A stretch of 62,799 nt of DNA, counting the filler, from Globobulimina sp. (Eukaryota): assembly GCA_003354225.1 (NCBI GenBank). It is 13 parts of 13 records of this genome, joined end to end, with 100 filler letters (N's around TTAATTAATTAA, not from the genome) between each part and the next. Parts side by side here need not be neighbours in the genome. Positions count along the whole stretch, not along the records: positions 33,887 to 38,623 come from PIVH01000963.1; positions 38,724 to 43,460 come from PIVH01000964.1; positions 43,561 to 48,296 come from PIVH01000965.1; 10 more parts are not named here. The stretch is one strand, 5' to 3'. Both the position numbers and the translations under genes were made by a program. Of this stretch, positions 33,887 through 45,471 are shown piece by piece. The notes under the pieces are model-generated. The model worked only from the letters and a program-made list of their open reading frames with translations, ran no database searches and was not told where the DNA came from. Positions within the stretch are counted from its first letter, which is position 1. Each line of letters starts with the position of its first letter.

Positions 33887-35280
33887 TGTTTTATCAGCGG
33901 TTGATTTGTTGGATTTAATCAAACAAATCAACGATAAAAATCTCACAAAATATATATTTGATGAAGCAAACCGGAAAATATTATGTCATTACAATAACAA
34001 TGATTTACTTAAATTATTAGAGAAACATTATTATCATTCCTTTGCTATTTTTGTATTTGAACGATTTAAAAAAATGTCAAAAACACAAAGAAAAATATAT
34101 TTACAAATTGTGCGTATTGATATTTTGATATGGATTGTGGACCAAAAATATGGTAAATTGATACAAGTGGCCACTGAAACTGAATTATTGTTTTTTGTCA
34201 ATAAAATAAAAAACGGATATGTCACACAGAAAAAAAAATGTGTATATCTTATCAATAAAATGATTAAACAAAAAGGTTGGATCAATGCAATAGTCACTGA
34301 TGATTTGCAATGGTTTTACTTGAATGGTTTAGTCGGAAAATATGAAATGAAAATTATTATTCATGAATTGTCAGCAGATCGACTATCGACATTAATTACA
34401 AACATTGCTGATAAATCGCTTGAAAAATATATATTTGAAGATGCAAACACGGAAACACTAACACATTATCACGAAAACGATTTGATTAAATTATTAAATA
34501 ACCATTATTCAGACACTTTTGCTGTATTTGTATTTGAACAATTCAACAATTTCTTAGCATTGCAGTTATCGCAAAGAAAACTATATTTAAAATGTTTATC
34601 CATTACAATGTTGGTAACAGTTTATAAACACAACAATATTGGCAAATATTTGCACATTGATGAATTGAAATATTATTTCAAACGAATAAAAAAATGCAAA
34701 TGGAAAGGCAAATGCTCAGATATTTTGCCATTAATTACAACCCAAATTATTGCAAAAGATGTACGGTGGATAGCTGCAGATAAAACAATATTAAATTTTG
34801 TTTTTTCCAATAATTTAGTTGGAAAGAATCAGATTCATGATATTATTTTTGTTTTATCAGCGGTTGATTTGTTGGATTTAATCAAACAAATCAACGATAA
34901 AAAACTCACAAAATACATATTTGATGAAGCAAACTGGAAAATATTATTTCATTACAATAACAATGATTTACTTAAATTATTAGAGACACATTATTATCAT
35001 TCATTTGCTATTTTTGTATTTGAACGATTTAGAAAATTAATGTCAAAAACACAAAGAAAAATATATTTACAAATTGTGCGTATTGATATTTTTATATGGA
35101 TTGTGGACCAAAAGTATGGCAAATCGATCCAAGTGGCGACTGAATTATTGTTTTTTGTCAATCAAATTAAAAACGGATATCTCACACAGAAAAAAAAATG
35201 TGCATATCTTCTCAATAAAATGATTAAACAAAAAGGTTGGATCAATGCAATAGTCACTGATGATTTGCATTGGTTTGTTA
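33887..35280 (+). repeat. Intragenic tandem repeat: near-identical copies 963 bp apart with a diverged unit between
   Basis: 33887-~34320 matches 34850-~35280; both start tgttttatcagcggttgatttg. Confidence 0.9.
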
Positions 35281-37121
35281 TGAACGGTTTAGTGTCACCA
35301 GCTGCGGTAAAAATAATTTTAAACGTAATCTCAAAAAGACAAAAAATATTAGAAAAGGAGCAGTCGCAACAGATTCAAATATTATGCCAAGAAATAAATG
35401 CATTACGATCAGCACAAGCAACTTTCGCAAAAGTCAACAATTTGAAAAGAGTAAAATGGGGATACGGTAAAATGGTAAAATGGACAAATGATGACATGCG
35501 ACATTGGAACAACATTTTGAATCTAGAAAAGAAAGACGAATCCAACACATTTTATGAGGACAAATATAATCAAATGGAGAAGGAACAAAATCTATTGATC
35601 GGTATCGAAGAACATAAAATAAAACAAGAAGAAGAAGAACATTTGTTTGCTATTCAACAATTACAGAATCAATGTTCATTCACAATGCATAATCATAAAA
35701 ATGAACAATACCGAAAAAATATTGCCCATTTCCGCGGATTAAAAAGTATTCAAAATCAGACTATTGCCAGAATTAAAGATAATATTCGTGATTTGAAGAA
35801 AATGTGCGATAAAATGAAAAAACAAATGGACGAAGAAAAGAAGAATTTGATGCGATTCAATACAGAAATCAGTGATGCTGCAATGTATAAAGTAGTGTTG
35901 CTGGGCATCACTGGCCATGGAAAGAGTACATTTGGTAACAGATTGTGTGGCGATCATAGCATTGCATGTGATGGCGGCGCATTTTCCATATCAAACTCAT
36001 GCGAGTCAGAAACGCAAACAGTCAGTAAAGTGACTGTGGAAATGGAAATGAAATTAAATATTAATAATTGTGACAATATGGTGAAGTTATCTGTTATTGA
36101 CACCCCGGGCAATTTTGACAGCCATGGATCGGATAGAAAACATAGTAACGACTTAATAGAATATTTAAAAGGATGTGGTGGTATTAATGCCTTTATTATC
36201 GTGAAAACAATGATTGCGCCACGAATAGATTTGAAATTCCAACAATATCTGCTTGCATTGAGTAAAATGTTAGGTATTAACTTCTGGAAACATGTAATTA
36301 TTATTCTTACTCATGTTTCTTATCAGAAATCAGAAACAGAAGAATTTAAACTTCATTGTATTGAGTTTAGCAACAAACTTAAAAGTGATTTTAATTTGAA
36401 TATTCCTCATCTGCCAATAATTGGCATTGATAATTATGATGAAAATGAGAATTATCTACAGCCAATAAATAAATTATTGAATATTATCAAACCAATCCCG
36501 TATAATTGCGAGGCATTGAAATCTCCATTGGATTTTTATAGAAGTGAGTATCAAATATATTTATTCAAATTGAATGAATTATATACAATGTTTGATGAAG
36601 AAAATGATAAATTAATTCAAATAAATGAACAAATATTTACGGCGCAACAATTATTATTACCTGAACTGAACGCATGTTTTGAAAATGTGCAACAACGATT
36701 GCAACAAATAAAAGCTGAGTGCATTATTAGTAATACTGAGAGAATGAACGAATTACGACATACAATCAGCACATTAATGAATGAAATACATTTTGGAAAT
36801 AAGAAAATTGATGATTATGATCAGCAGTTTATGTGGTTGAAAAATGAAAATATTTTCCAAAAAATAAAAATAAACAGCTCTGAACAAAGAAATATAATGT
36901 TTATGCAAGATATTTCAACATTAAATGACAAAGTTACTGAGTTAAATAAAAAGAATAATTATCTGATGACGGACATTGAAACAAAGAAAAGCAATCTCAT
37001 TCAGCTCAATTCAAAAATAAAAAGTCTTAATATTCAAATAAATTCAAAAACAACTCAATTACAATCAAGTAAAAGCAAAATTAATCAGTTAAATAATCAA
37101 ATTACACAATTGACCCAATAA
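33887..37121 (+). CDS. AIG1/GIMAP-type GTPase with N-terminal helical repeats and coiled coils, 5' partial
   Basis: LLGITGHGKSTFGN, SETQ, VIDTPG, FWKHVIIILTH. Confidence 0.85.
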
Positions 37122-37473
37122 ATAAACTATTATTTGCTTGTATTTTGCTAATAATCTTTGTATAGTTTGTTGTGTTTTTGATTGTTTGCAATTAATGCAA
37201 TTGGTGCTTTGACTTGAGTTTCATTGAATTGATGCATATGTTGATCCGATCGCAATTCGCAAAGTGAAAGCGGTAGCTAGATTATACATCGTTTTTCACG
37301 GAGATCCATTTTTTGCAGCTTCTGCTTCAGACTCTGTGTATTGGGTTTGTGGATGTTGCCAAAATTGTATATTTTAGAACAGTATAACCTGTTTTTAATC
37401 AAAAGTTTTTTTACACTAACAACCAAAACCACAACTTTTATTCTTTCCTTTTATTTTTCTAAACAATTAAACA

Positions 37474-38623
37474 ATGCAGACCGAACAATTAACAATGCCA
37501 ACCGAACAATCACCAACAGCAATGAGTGAAGATTCAGCATTAGAAAAAAGAACAACCGACCAATATGAAATTAAATTAGGCAATGTAGAGAAATACCCCT
37601 CGTCGCTGGACGCCTCCGAACCATTATGTATCGAATCGAAAAATAGGTTCGTCCTCTTTCCAATCTCCAATAAGGAGATCTGGGCCATGTACAAGAAACA
37701 TTTGGCCTCCTTTTGGACCGCAGAGGAGATCGATTTACACGACGACCATAAAGATTGGGTCAAATTACACGCAAAAGAACAACATTTCATTAAATACGTA
37801 TTAGCCTTCTTCGCAGCTTCTGATGGCATCGTATTAGAGAACTTAACCTCGCACTTTATAAACGACATCAAATTGCCTGAAGCCAGATGCTTTTACGCCT
37901 TCCAAGCGGCGATGGAGAACGTGCACAGTGAGACGTACTCCTTATTGATCGATACGTATATTAAGTCGGAACAGGAGAAGGCGGAATTATTCAATGCCAT
38001 GGATAACATCGACTGTATCAAACAAAAAGCAAACTGGGCCCTGAAATGGATGAACATGGACACCGCCTTCGTGCAGCGGTTGGTGGCCTTTGCCTGTGTG
38101 GAGGGTATATTTTTTAGTGGCTCCTTTTGCGCCTTATTCTGGTTAAAAAAAAGGGGTTTAATGCCGGGCCTGACCTTCAGCAATGAGTTAATTGCCAGGG
38201 ATGAGGGGTTGCACACTGATTTTGCCTGTTTGTTGTATAAATTATGCAAAGATAAATTGGATGACGAGACTATGCATAATATTATCACATCGGCGGTTGA
38301 ATGCGAGCAGCATTTTATTTGTGATGCGTTGCCTGTCGATTTAATTGGAATGAACTCCAAATTGATGAGGGGATATATCGAATTCGTAGCGGATCGGTTA
38401 TGCCATGCATTAGGACATAAAAAACTATATAATACTCCAAATCCATTCGATTGGATGGAAATGATCTCGTTACAAGTTAATTTTGTGTATATTTTGTATT
38501 GTATTTTGTGTATATTATTTCTTTTTGCTTCAGGGGAAAACGAATTTTTTTGAAAGACGTGTCGGTGAATATGCCAAAGCCGGTGTTATGTCGGGATTGG
38601 ACAAAACTTCTGATGATATGTTT
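37474..38623 (+). CDS. RNR2: Ribonucleotide reductase small subunit (class Ia beta), 2 exons, 3' partial
   Basis: [37 protein letters not shown] and RDEGLH. Intron 38476-38533 restores [10 protein letters not shown]. Confidence 0.98.
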
Positions 38624-38723
38624 NNNNNNNNNNNNNNNNNNNNNNNNNNNNNNNNNNNNNNNNNNNNTTAATTAATTAANNNNNNNNNNNNNNNNNNNNN
38701 NNNNNNNNNNNNNNNNNNNNNNN

Positions 38724-39139
38724 CGCACTGACTTCTCGTTTAATTCCTTGACAAAAACGTACATGAAAACATTTATGCGCTTTCAAAGCAAACTAAAATA
38801 AAATTAATTAACTTTGATATAAGTGGTCAGATTGTCATCGGTCGGAGCGTCCATGATTACGAATTGCAATGAGCCCTATCGTAGGAATGAAGGCGGATTT
38901 GGTAACCGGACGACGCGGTATTTGGGGTTGTAATTGTAAGTGTAACTGTTATTCATCATATGGTTGATGGAATGGATGGTGTTTGTGCTGATCATTGGCG
39001 ATGGACTGCTAACGGTCGAAGCGGGGCTGTTCATTACATTAATATTGATCTCGTTGTTCATGGGAATAATTGTTGTGGGTTTCAGTGTTGTTGCTACTTT
39101 TAAATGATTTTGGGAGCTATAGACGTTGGAATGGGACAT
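38724..39139 (-). pseudogene. PTP4A: PRL/PTP4A-type phosphatase N-terminus with an in-frame TAG, 3' partial
   Basis: Reads NPPSFLR*GSLQFVIMDAPTDDNLTTYIK|ELNEKSV across intron 38747-38812. The TAG is at 38876-38878. Confidence 0.75.
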
Positions 39140-39829
39140 GATAACTGTTCTTTTTTTGGGGCTTGGGCTAATATATATGCTTTACAATTAAATATATATA
39201 GGTTTAAATAATAATATATGGCTAAAATTATAATAATATCGTGATTTGTCTGTGTGTTTTGTAGGTGGTTTGTATATCAAGTTAGTGTGTGGTACAAAAT
39301 CCAAATGGAATGGATGCATACATAAATGAATGAAGGGTATTATGCAGGTGGATCAAGGCGATGATACACAATTAGTGGTTGGGTGTGTTGTGTTGCTGTG
39401 AATGTTGAAATATTCGTGAATGATATGCACTGTCTCGTCGCTAGTGTGTCTTTTGGCATCAAAGGGTTACAACAAATAATAATACGTGTTGCTTCTTTCC
39501 CGTTGGTTTGGATGTAGTGCTGACGTGGTGTTAGTTTGAGCTAGGAGTTTTTGCAGGGTTTTCAAATGTTAGTTTTTGCATGGCAATATGCAAAAATAAA
39601 CATACAAAAATAAAAATATACACATGGATCGATCCGGTTTTCAGCGTGTGACTGACGTACAAAAGTAAAATTATAGGTTTGCCTTCGTTTTTCAGAAACA
39701 ATAAAAATCTGACGCTGAAAACAGGATGCTCTTAGTGTACAAATTATCTATTAATGAAACTTAGTGTACGAAATACTAATGCTAATACGGGTTAGAACTG
39801 TCAATAAGCTGTTTTGAAAATCTCTGATT

Positions 39830-41919
39830 ATGTCTCTGATCATGTCACAGTTTCTATTTACATTAATCATCATGCAGAAACATACAAGATCAGCAGTGAT
39901 TAAATCAGTAAACCTAACTACAAACAACCCCAATGGACTCGGTGCAACTATTTCAGAAGGTTTACAAGGCTATGCAGGCAACGACGTACAAATCGTTGAT
40001 AACTTTTGGCACATTAGAGTTGATTCCACAGCAAACAGTCAAATGGGTTATCATTTAGAAATTGATTTAGATAATACATGGGGCTTTCATCCAACCAAAC
40101 AATCCAATATATCTTTTACAATGTACAGTACAACGGACACCGCGCAATCTGACCTGGATTTGTTAGTGTCATTCAGTGTTAACAGCAATCAATATCTAAC
40201 CTATTGGATCGGTCTGGATGGCTATGATAATATTATATATCCCGCTAATTGTGATCAAACAGCACAGCCAACACAAATGTTAGCTTCTGGAGATGTCCTA
40301 CAATGCGTGGAGGCCAGTTATTGCGATGCTGCTGCCTCAGATGTGAGGGATTGCAAAGCCACTGGAGGCTGTGCCGTCGTTAGTGTTGAACCACCAAACT
40401 TTACCAATGGATATCAAAATGAATGGCCATTGACTGTAACAATGATAAACAATCCACTCACAAACAAAGCATATACATTTCTGAGCAGCCCTTCATGGGC
40501 TGGTTGGGTTCAAGGTATTTTTTATTATTTTTGTTTATTTAATATAAACAATTCAAAATATAATATTTGTGATATCATATGCTACGGTTACAGGATGTGG
40601 CTATGGAGAGGCATTTAGTACAGATATAGGCGCACAAATATATGTTGCTATCGACGATCCAGCGGAACATATTGATTTTTACGGATTTTATGTTGAATAT
40701 GAATATGATACAGAGAGTCCAACATTATCTCCAACGTCCAATCCAACATCAAATCCAACATCAAATCCATCGTCATCTCCCACATCAAATCCAACCACAA
40801 CAATGCCAACAACAAATGAACCATCAAAGTATCCAACAACAACTCCGACCACAATGATACCAACAACCAATATTCCAACCACATTAATGCCGACCACATG
40901 GAATCCGACGACTTCACCAACATGGGAACCAACATTGGAACCAACCGACAATCCAACAGCAGGTATAAATGCAATAGTATCTGTTGCTGAAACAACTGCC
41001 ACAAGGTATAAACTAGTGATAATTATTCATTACGATGCTGAATTGTATGCTGATAACGATATGTTTTGGCATACAATTTTCACTTTTACTTTACATCATA
41101 TGTATCAAATTCAAATGGCAAGCAACTGGCAACTGATAAATATGAATGATTTTGTGTTGTGAATTTAGTTCCAGTTCGAGTGATGGTGAAACTGCAACTG
41201 AAACAACCACGAAAATCGATGATGATTTAGTAATGTCGACGTCGCATAATCGCATTAATCGGAAGATTATATATTATGGATTGGGTTTAACCGCATTGCT
41301 TTTATGTTTTTGTTGCTTTGTTCTTATTATATTAATCAAGGCACAGAAGAGACGTCGACAAAATAAAGCTCCAAAGAACTATTCAAACCAATCATTGCCA
41401 GCAGTAAAAGCACGCAAAACAGGAAATGAGTGTCATGAGATGAAGAGAGTGCTTTCTATGTCGGGCAGTGTAGTGAGCGCACCCGTACATATTAGTAATA
41501 TTACTTCAGAGCAAGAGGATGAAGATGAGGATGAGGATGAGGATGATGATGATTATATATTGCCGTCACCAACTGGCAAAGAAACGAGACTTCCTCCACC
41601 ACCGCCTCCAAAAAGAGCAAAAACAAATATTGAAATGATGGAGATTACCGCACAAATAAATGACGAGGATCAGGATATGACATTAACCGATCAAGATGAT
41701 GATGATATGGATATTTTAGCAGGAATTACAATTAAGGATCAGGAGGATGTATCTGTTGATGATATGGATATTTTAGCTGGAATTACCATAAAAGGGCATG
41801 CTGACAATGTATATGTTGATGATAATGGAGATTATGAATTTATAATTGGGAGTGTAACCAGTGATATAAGTGTAAATAAAGCGAAAATAGGGAGTGGAAG
41901 TGATAAAAATATAAGTTAA
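39830..41919 (+). CDS. Type I membrane protein with a PTxxPT mucin-like stalk; 3 exons
   Basis: Signal-like start, introns 40515-40593 and 41006-41168, TM segment YYGLGLTALLLCFCCFVLIILI, and an acidic tail with duplicated DMDILAGITIK. Confidence 0.8.
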
Positions 41920-42098
41920 ATGGACGAAAAACACATAGTGAACATTCTTAATAACGGCAAAATACTTAATAACATAGTGAACATTCTGTATATTAATATT
42001 TATTATTTTTTTTGTGCATAATATTAGAACGGTCAATGTTTTTGACTTTTTGTGATTTGAGAGCAATTGCAAGGTACTGAGTTACTCACCGTAAAAAC

Positions 42099-43355
42099 AT
42101 GTCTGTTTGCAACATGTCAACCGAAAGAAACAGTTCAAATACAACATTAGAATCGTTACCAGACGTTGTATTATGTCTTATTGTGTCCTGTATATTATCA
42201 GAATTACGTAAATTACCATTAGTCTGCATGAGATTGCGTGATATCAGTTTGTTGCCTCATTGGTATACAAAATTTATATTACAATTAAATCCAATATGTT
42301 TCATAAAAAATAAGATAAACTATTCATTGCCATTATCATTTCAATCTGGCAATAAAAATCAAGTAATAATAGAAAATCCAGATTTATTTATTTCCGCAAA
42401 CAAGAATTGCAAATTGAATACATTAATATCTTTACCATGGAAACATTTCAGTGTATTCGATTTGTATTTAACTCCAAATAAAATTGTAAATAATGAATGC
42501 ATTCTGAACTGTATTAATATGATATTGCCATATTTTTCATCATTAGAAATATCATCCACATCACGAAAACAATCCGATATTATACATTTATCCAACATAT
42601 TCATTCGAGAATATATTAATGTTTGTCATTTATCATTAAATGGTAAAATAAAGGGAATTAAAAATGTATTTAATTATTTATCAAATATAAAATATTTGGA
42701 ATTAAACTATGTTTCCTATGCAAATATGGATTGGCTCAATGATATTAATAATAAATGTCTTTCACAATTAATAATTTTAGATTTGTGGCGTTGTGAATGG
42801 AAGGACGGCAGCAATATTATTTTAAATGAAAATATTGAAATATTTCGCATATTTAATTGTACGTTAAATTGTAATATCGTTTTAAATCAAAATATACGAA
42901 TAATATCTACAGATTGTCATCATTGTTTACATAGAAACACGAGTCTATTAAAGCAGATTTCAAATTTATTAAAAACAAATGAAAATATTTGTTTGTCATT
43001 ATCGCACATTAAGTCTATATCGAAATGTATTAAAGTTTTGAAAGAAATGGCTTCGTTAAACATAGAAATTGTTTACATTGTGTATACCCGGGATATGAAT
43101 AAAATATTTGATGAATTACAAGGAAATATTCATCATAATCATGATCATAATTATTCTGAATCTGATATAACGAAGGAAAAAAATAAGAAAGTTGCTAATT
43201 TCGAATATGAGGATGATTATTGTGAGAATAAGGAAATTACTGTAATTTATGATAAGTTAAACATGCATTTGTTTGCAGGTTCAAAGCATTATGCGTTGTT
43301 TAGGAAATTACTCAAAATTGGAAGGTTAAGAGGCACTTTTTTGTGGCAACAATGA
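42099..43355 (+). CDS. F-box/LRR-like protein
   Basis: N-terminal LESLPDVVLCLIVSCI..LPLVCMRLR (F-box-like), then LxxLxL repeats. Confidence 0.75.
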   Translation: MSVCNMSTERNSSNTTLESLPDVVLCLIVSCILSELRKLPLVCMRLRDISLLPHWYTKFILQLNPICFIKNKINYSLPLSFQSGNKNQVIIENPDLFISANKNCKLNTLISLPWKHFSVFDLYLTPNKIVNNECILNCINMILPYFSSLEISSTSRKQSDIIHLSNIFIREYINVCHLSLNGKIKGIKNVFNYLSNIKYLELNYVSYANMDWLNDINNKCLSQLIILDLWRCEWKDGSNIILNENIEIFRIFNCTLNCNIVLNQNIRIISTDCHHCLHRNTSLLKQISNLLKTNENICLSLSHIKSISKCIKVLKEMASLNIEIVYIVYTRDMNKIFDELQGNIHHNHDHNYSESDITKEKNKKVANFEYEDDYCENKEITVIYDKLNMHLFAGSKHYALFRKLLKIGRLRGTFLWQQ

Positions 43356-44080
43356 ACCTTTAAATTATTAACATTTCCTTTTTTGTGGCAACAATGAACC
43401 TAGCTTCAATAACATAACATTTCCTTATTCAAATTTTCGTGAAGGCACGTTTGGAATAAANNNNNNNNNNNNNNNNNNNNNNNNNNNNNNNNNNNNNNNN
43501 NNNNTTAATTAATTAANNNNNNNNNNNNNNNNNNNNNNNNNNNNNNNNNNNNNNNNNNNNATCAATTAAAAATGTAGATCCTGCACTAGTTTCCATGCGA
43601 TATGAATTCAAAAAGGCGCATTATAATGGATTGGGTGTACGACGAATACTTTTTGATGATATTCCGATGACAGATTGTCTAAAAAATAAATGGTAACACA
43701 ATGCACCACAAAAGAAGTGCATCCGCATTAATTCAATGGTTGTGGCACATAAATAATATAGAATTGGAATGTTGGCGATGTTGTGTGGGATGTAACGGAA
43801 AAATACGACGAAAAATAATGATTAGGAATGGTTGTTTGTGGATAATGAATTCGAAAGCTATTATAAGCAAAGACTTGGTGTGAAGTAGCTAACTGGAATA
43901 ACAATAGTATGCGAAAGGCGTGGTCTGTGTTGAGGTTTTGTTGTTGTTGTTTGTTTTGGATTCATTGAAAGATGTTGAGAGTTTAGTTAGAGAAAAAAGT
44001 AAGAAATTGAGTACGTCACAAGTATAATAATTAATCTCATAATTCATAATCATTTACAATCAGCTGCTTTATTTATATAA

Positions 44081-45441
44081 TCAATCGACAGTAAATACAA
44101 TACCACCTAAACTAATCCAGTTATATGTATTTGAACCTTTTACCCATAAAAGTTTGCCATCCTCACAGACATCCACCCGAAATGATGCTGAATGTTGATC
44201 CAAACTAAATATTATTCTTTGTTTTGGACAACAACTTTTCGGAAGTGTTGCCATATGCGTTTGAGATGCAAAATTATTCGATTTAATCAAACCATGCACA
44301 ATCACAATATTTCCAATTTTAAACCATTTTGCTTGTTTAAATTCTCCTTCATAATGAGACCATGAATTCGCTAAACTTAATACACCATTTTGTCTCATTA
44401 TTTGTTTTTTTATTAATTGTAATTCATTCTCGATTTGCTCAAATTTAATATTGCTCTCATTGCAATTATTCATTATCTCTGTAACAATTTGCGGATTTCG
44501 CAAAACAGTATCTCTGCAGTCCAATATTCGTTGCTGTATCAGCGGATTTTTTATATTTAAACTGTTTAATGTATGTTTATCTGCGTTGATCAAATCGTTT
44601 CCACCAACCTCCCAATCTCTTAACTCCTTCATACATTTGTGTTTTTCGTCTGTTTTATTCCCCCAATTTACCATATTCCCAATCCAGTACACAACATGTT
44701 TTGTATTCCATTGTGACATCGGATTGGATTTTTTATCATCGATATCCAAAATACGCTGTGATAATTTCCTTTTATTTTTTTTTTTTAAAATGAGATAGTA
44801 ATTTATTATATAAGAAAACAAAGAAGATACCATTTATTATATGACATTTTTTGTGGTGTCCATAAGCCCGCATTCATAATTAACAAATATTTGTTGTCAT
44901 ATCCGACGCCATAAAATTGATAATATCGATAAAAACCAGGATCTGTAACTTGTTGAATATGGCGAAACGGATAAGTTGCCTTCTTATCATTGGTCCATGT
45001 CTTAACATCGCTAATCCCGACATTTGTCCATGTCTTGGCATCATTGGACGCACGTAAATAATAAACAGATGTCGGTCTATGTAATCCCAACGGATACCCG
45101 GACACTGCATATTTGGTGATATAATAAGGAATGTTTAAATCAATTTGAATATATGCAATTCCATCATCATTTTGACCTGTCTGATAGCCATATTTTTTCC
45201 ATTCTGAATTTGTAGTTCGATTTATTTCATCTGCTATAGATTTTGCTTGAGAACCAGATGTGTTTGTATTTGGATAACCGCTAAATTTAAATACATTCAT
45301 ATTATTCTTTGTTAGAATATTCATTTCTGTATCAAATGATTGTGAAAATGGCATATTGCAAGAATTTATTATTATCGACTGATTGGAATCTTGCTTTTTC
45401 TCATCATATCCTTCGGAATGCACTTGGTTTGTTTGAGCCAT
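44081..45441 (-). CDS. F5/8 type C-like + SAM + coiled coil + phage RBP-head-like protein; 2 exons
   Basis: Intron 44769-44830 joins the two ORFs in frame. F5/8C-like: YIQIDL..ITK..LRASNDAKTW..YRYY. SAM-like: WNTKHVVYWI..VGGNDL..ILD. C-terminal: LANSW..IGNIVIVHG..TLPKSCCP..RVDVCEDG..WISLGGIVF. Confidence 0.75.
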
Positions 45442-45471
45442 TCAACTATCAAAATTTGAGTTTTTATCAAA

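Noticed and set aside
37474-38623. RNR small subunit as a giant-virus marker
   Set aside because: It has a spliceosomal intron and a typical eukaryotic sequence, with no viral core genes nearby.
40720-40960. Tandem ccaac repeats resembling a CRISPR array or satellite
   Set aside because: They encode PTxxPT stalk repeats, with no repeat-spacer structure and no cas genes.
43337-43425. Short direct duplication of the F-box 3' end (and aactggtggtccttcgcaa x2 at ~50646-50685)
   Set aside because: Small local slippage-type duplications with no evidence of function or an enclosed element.
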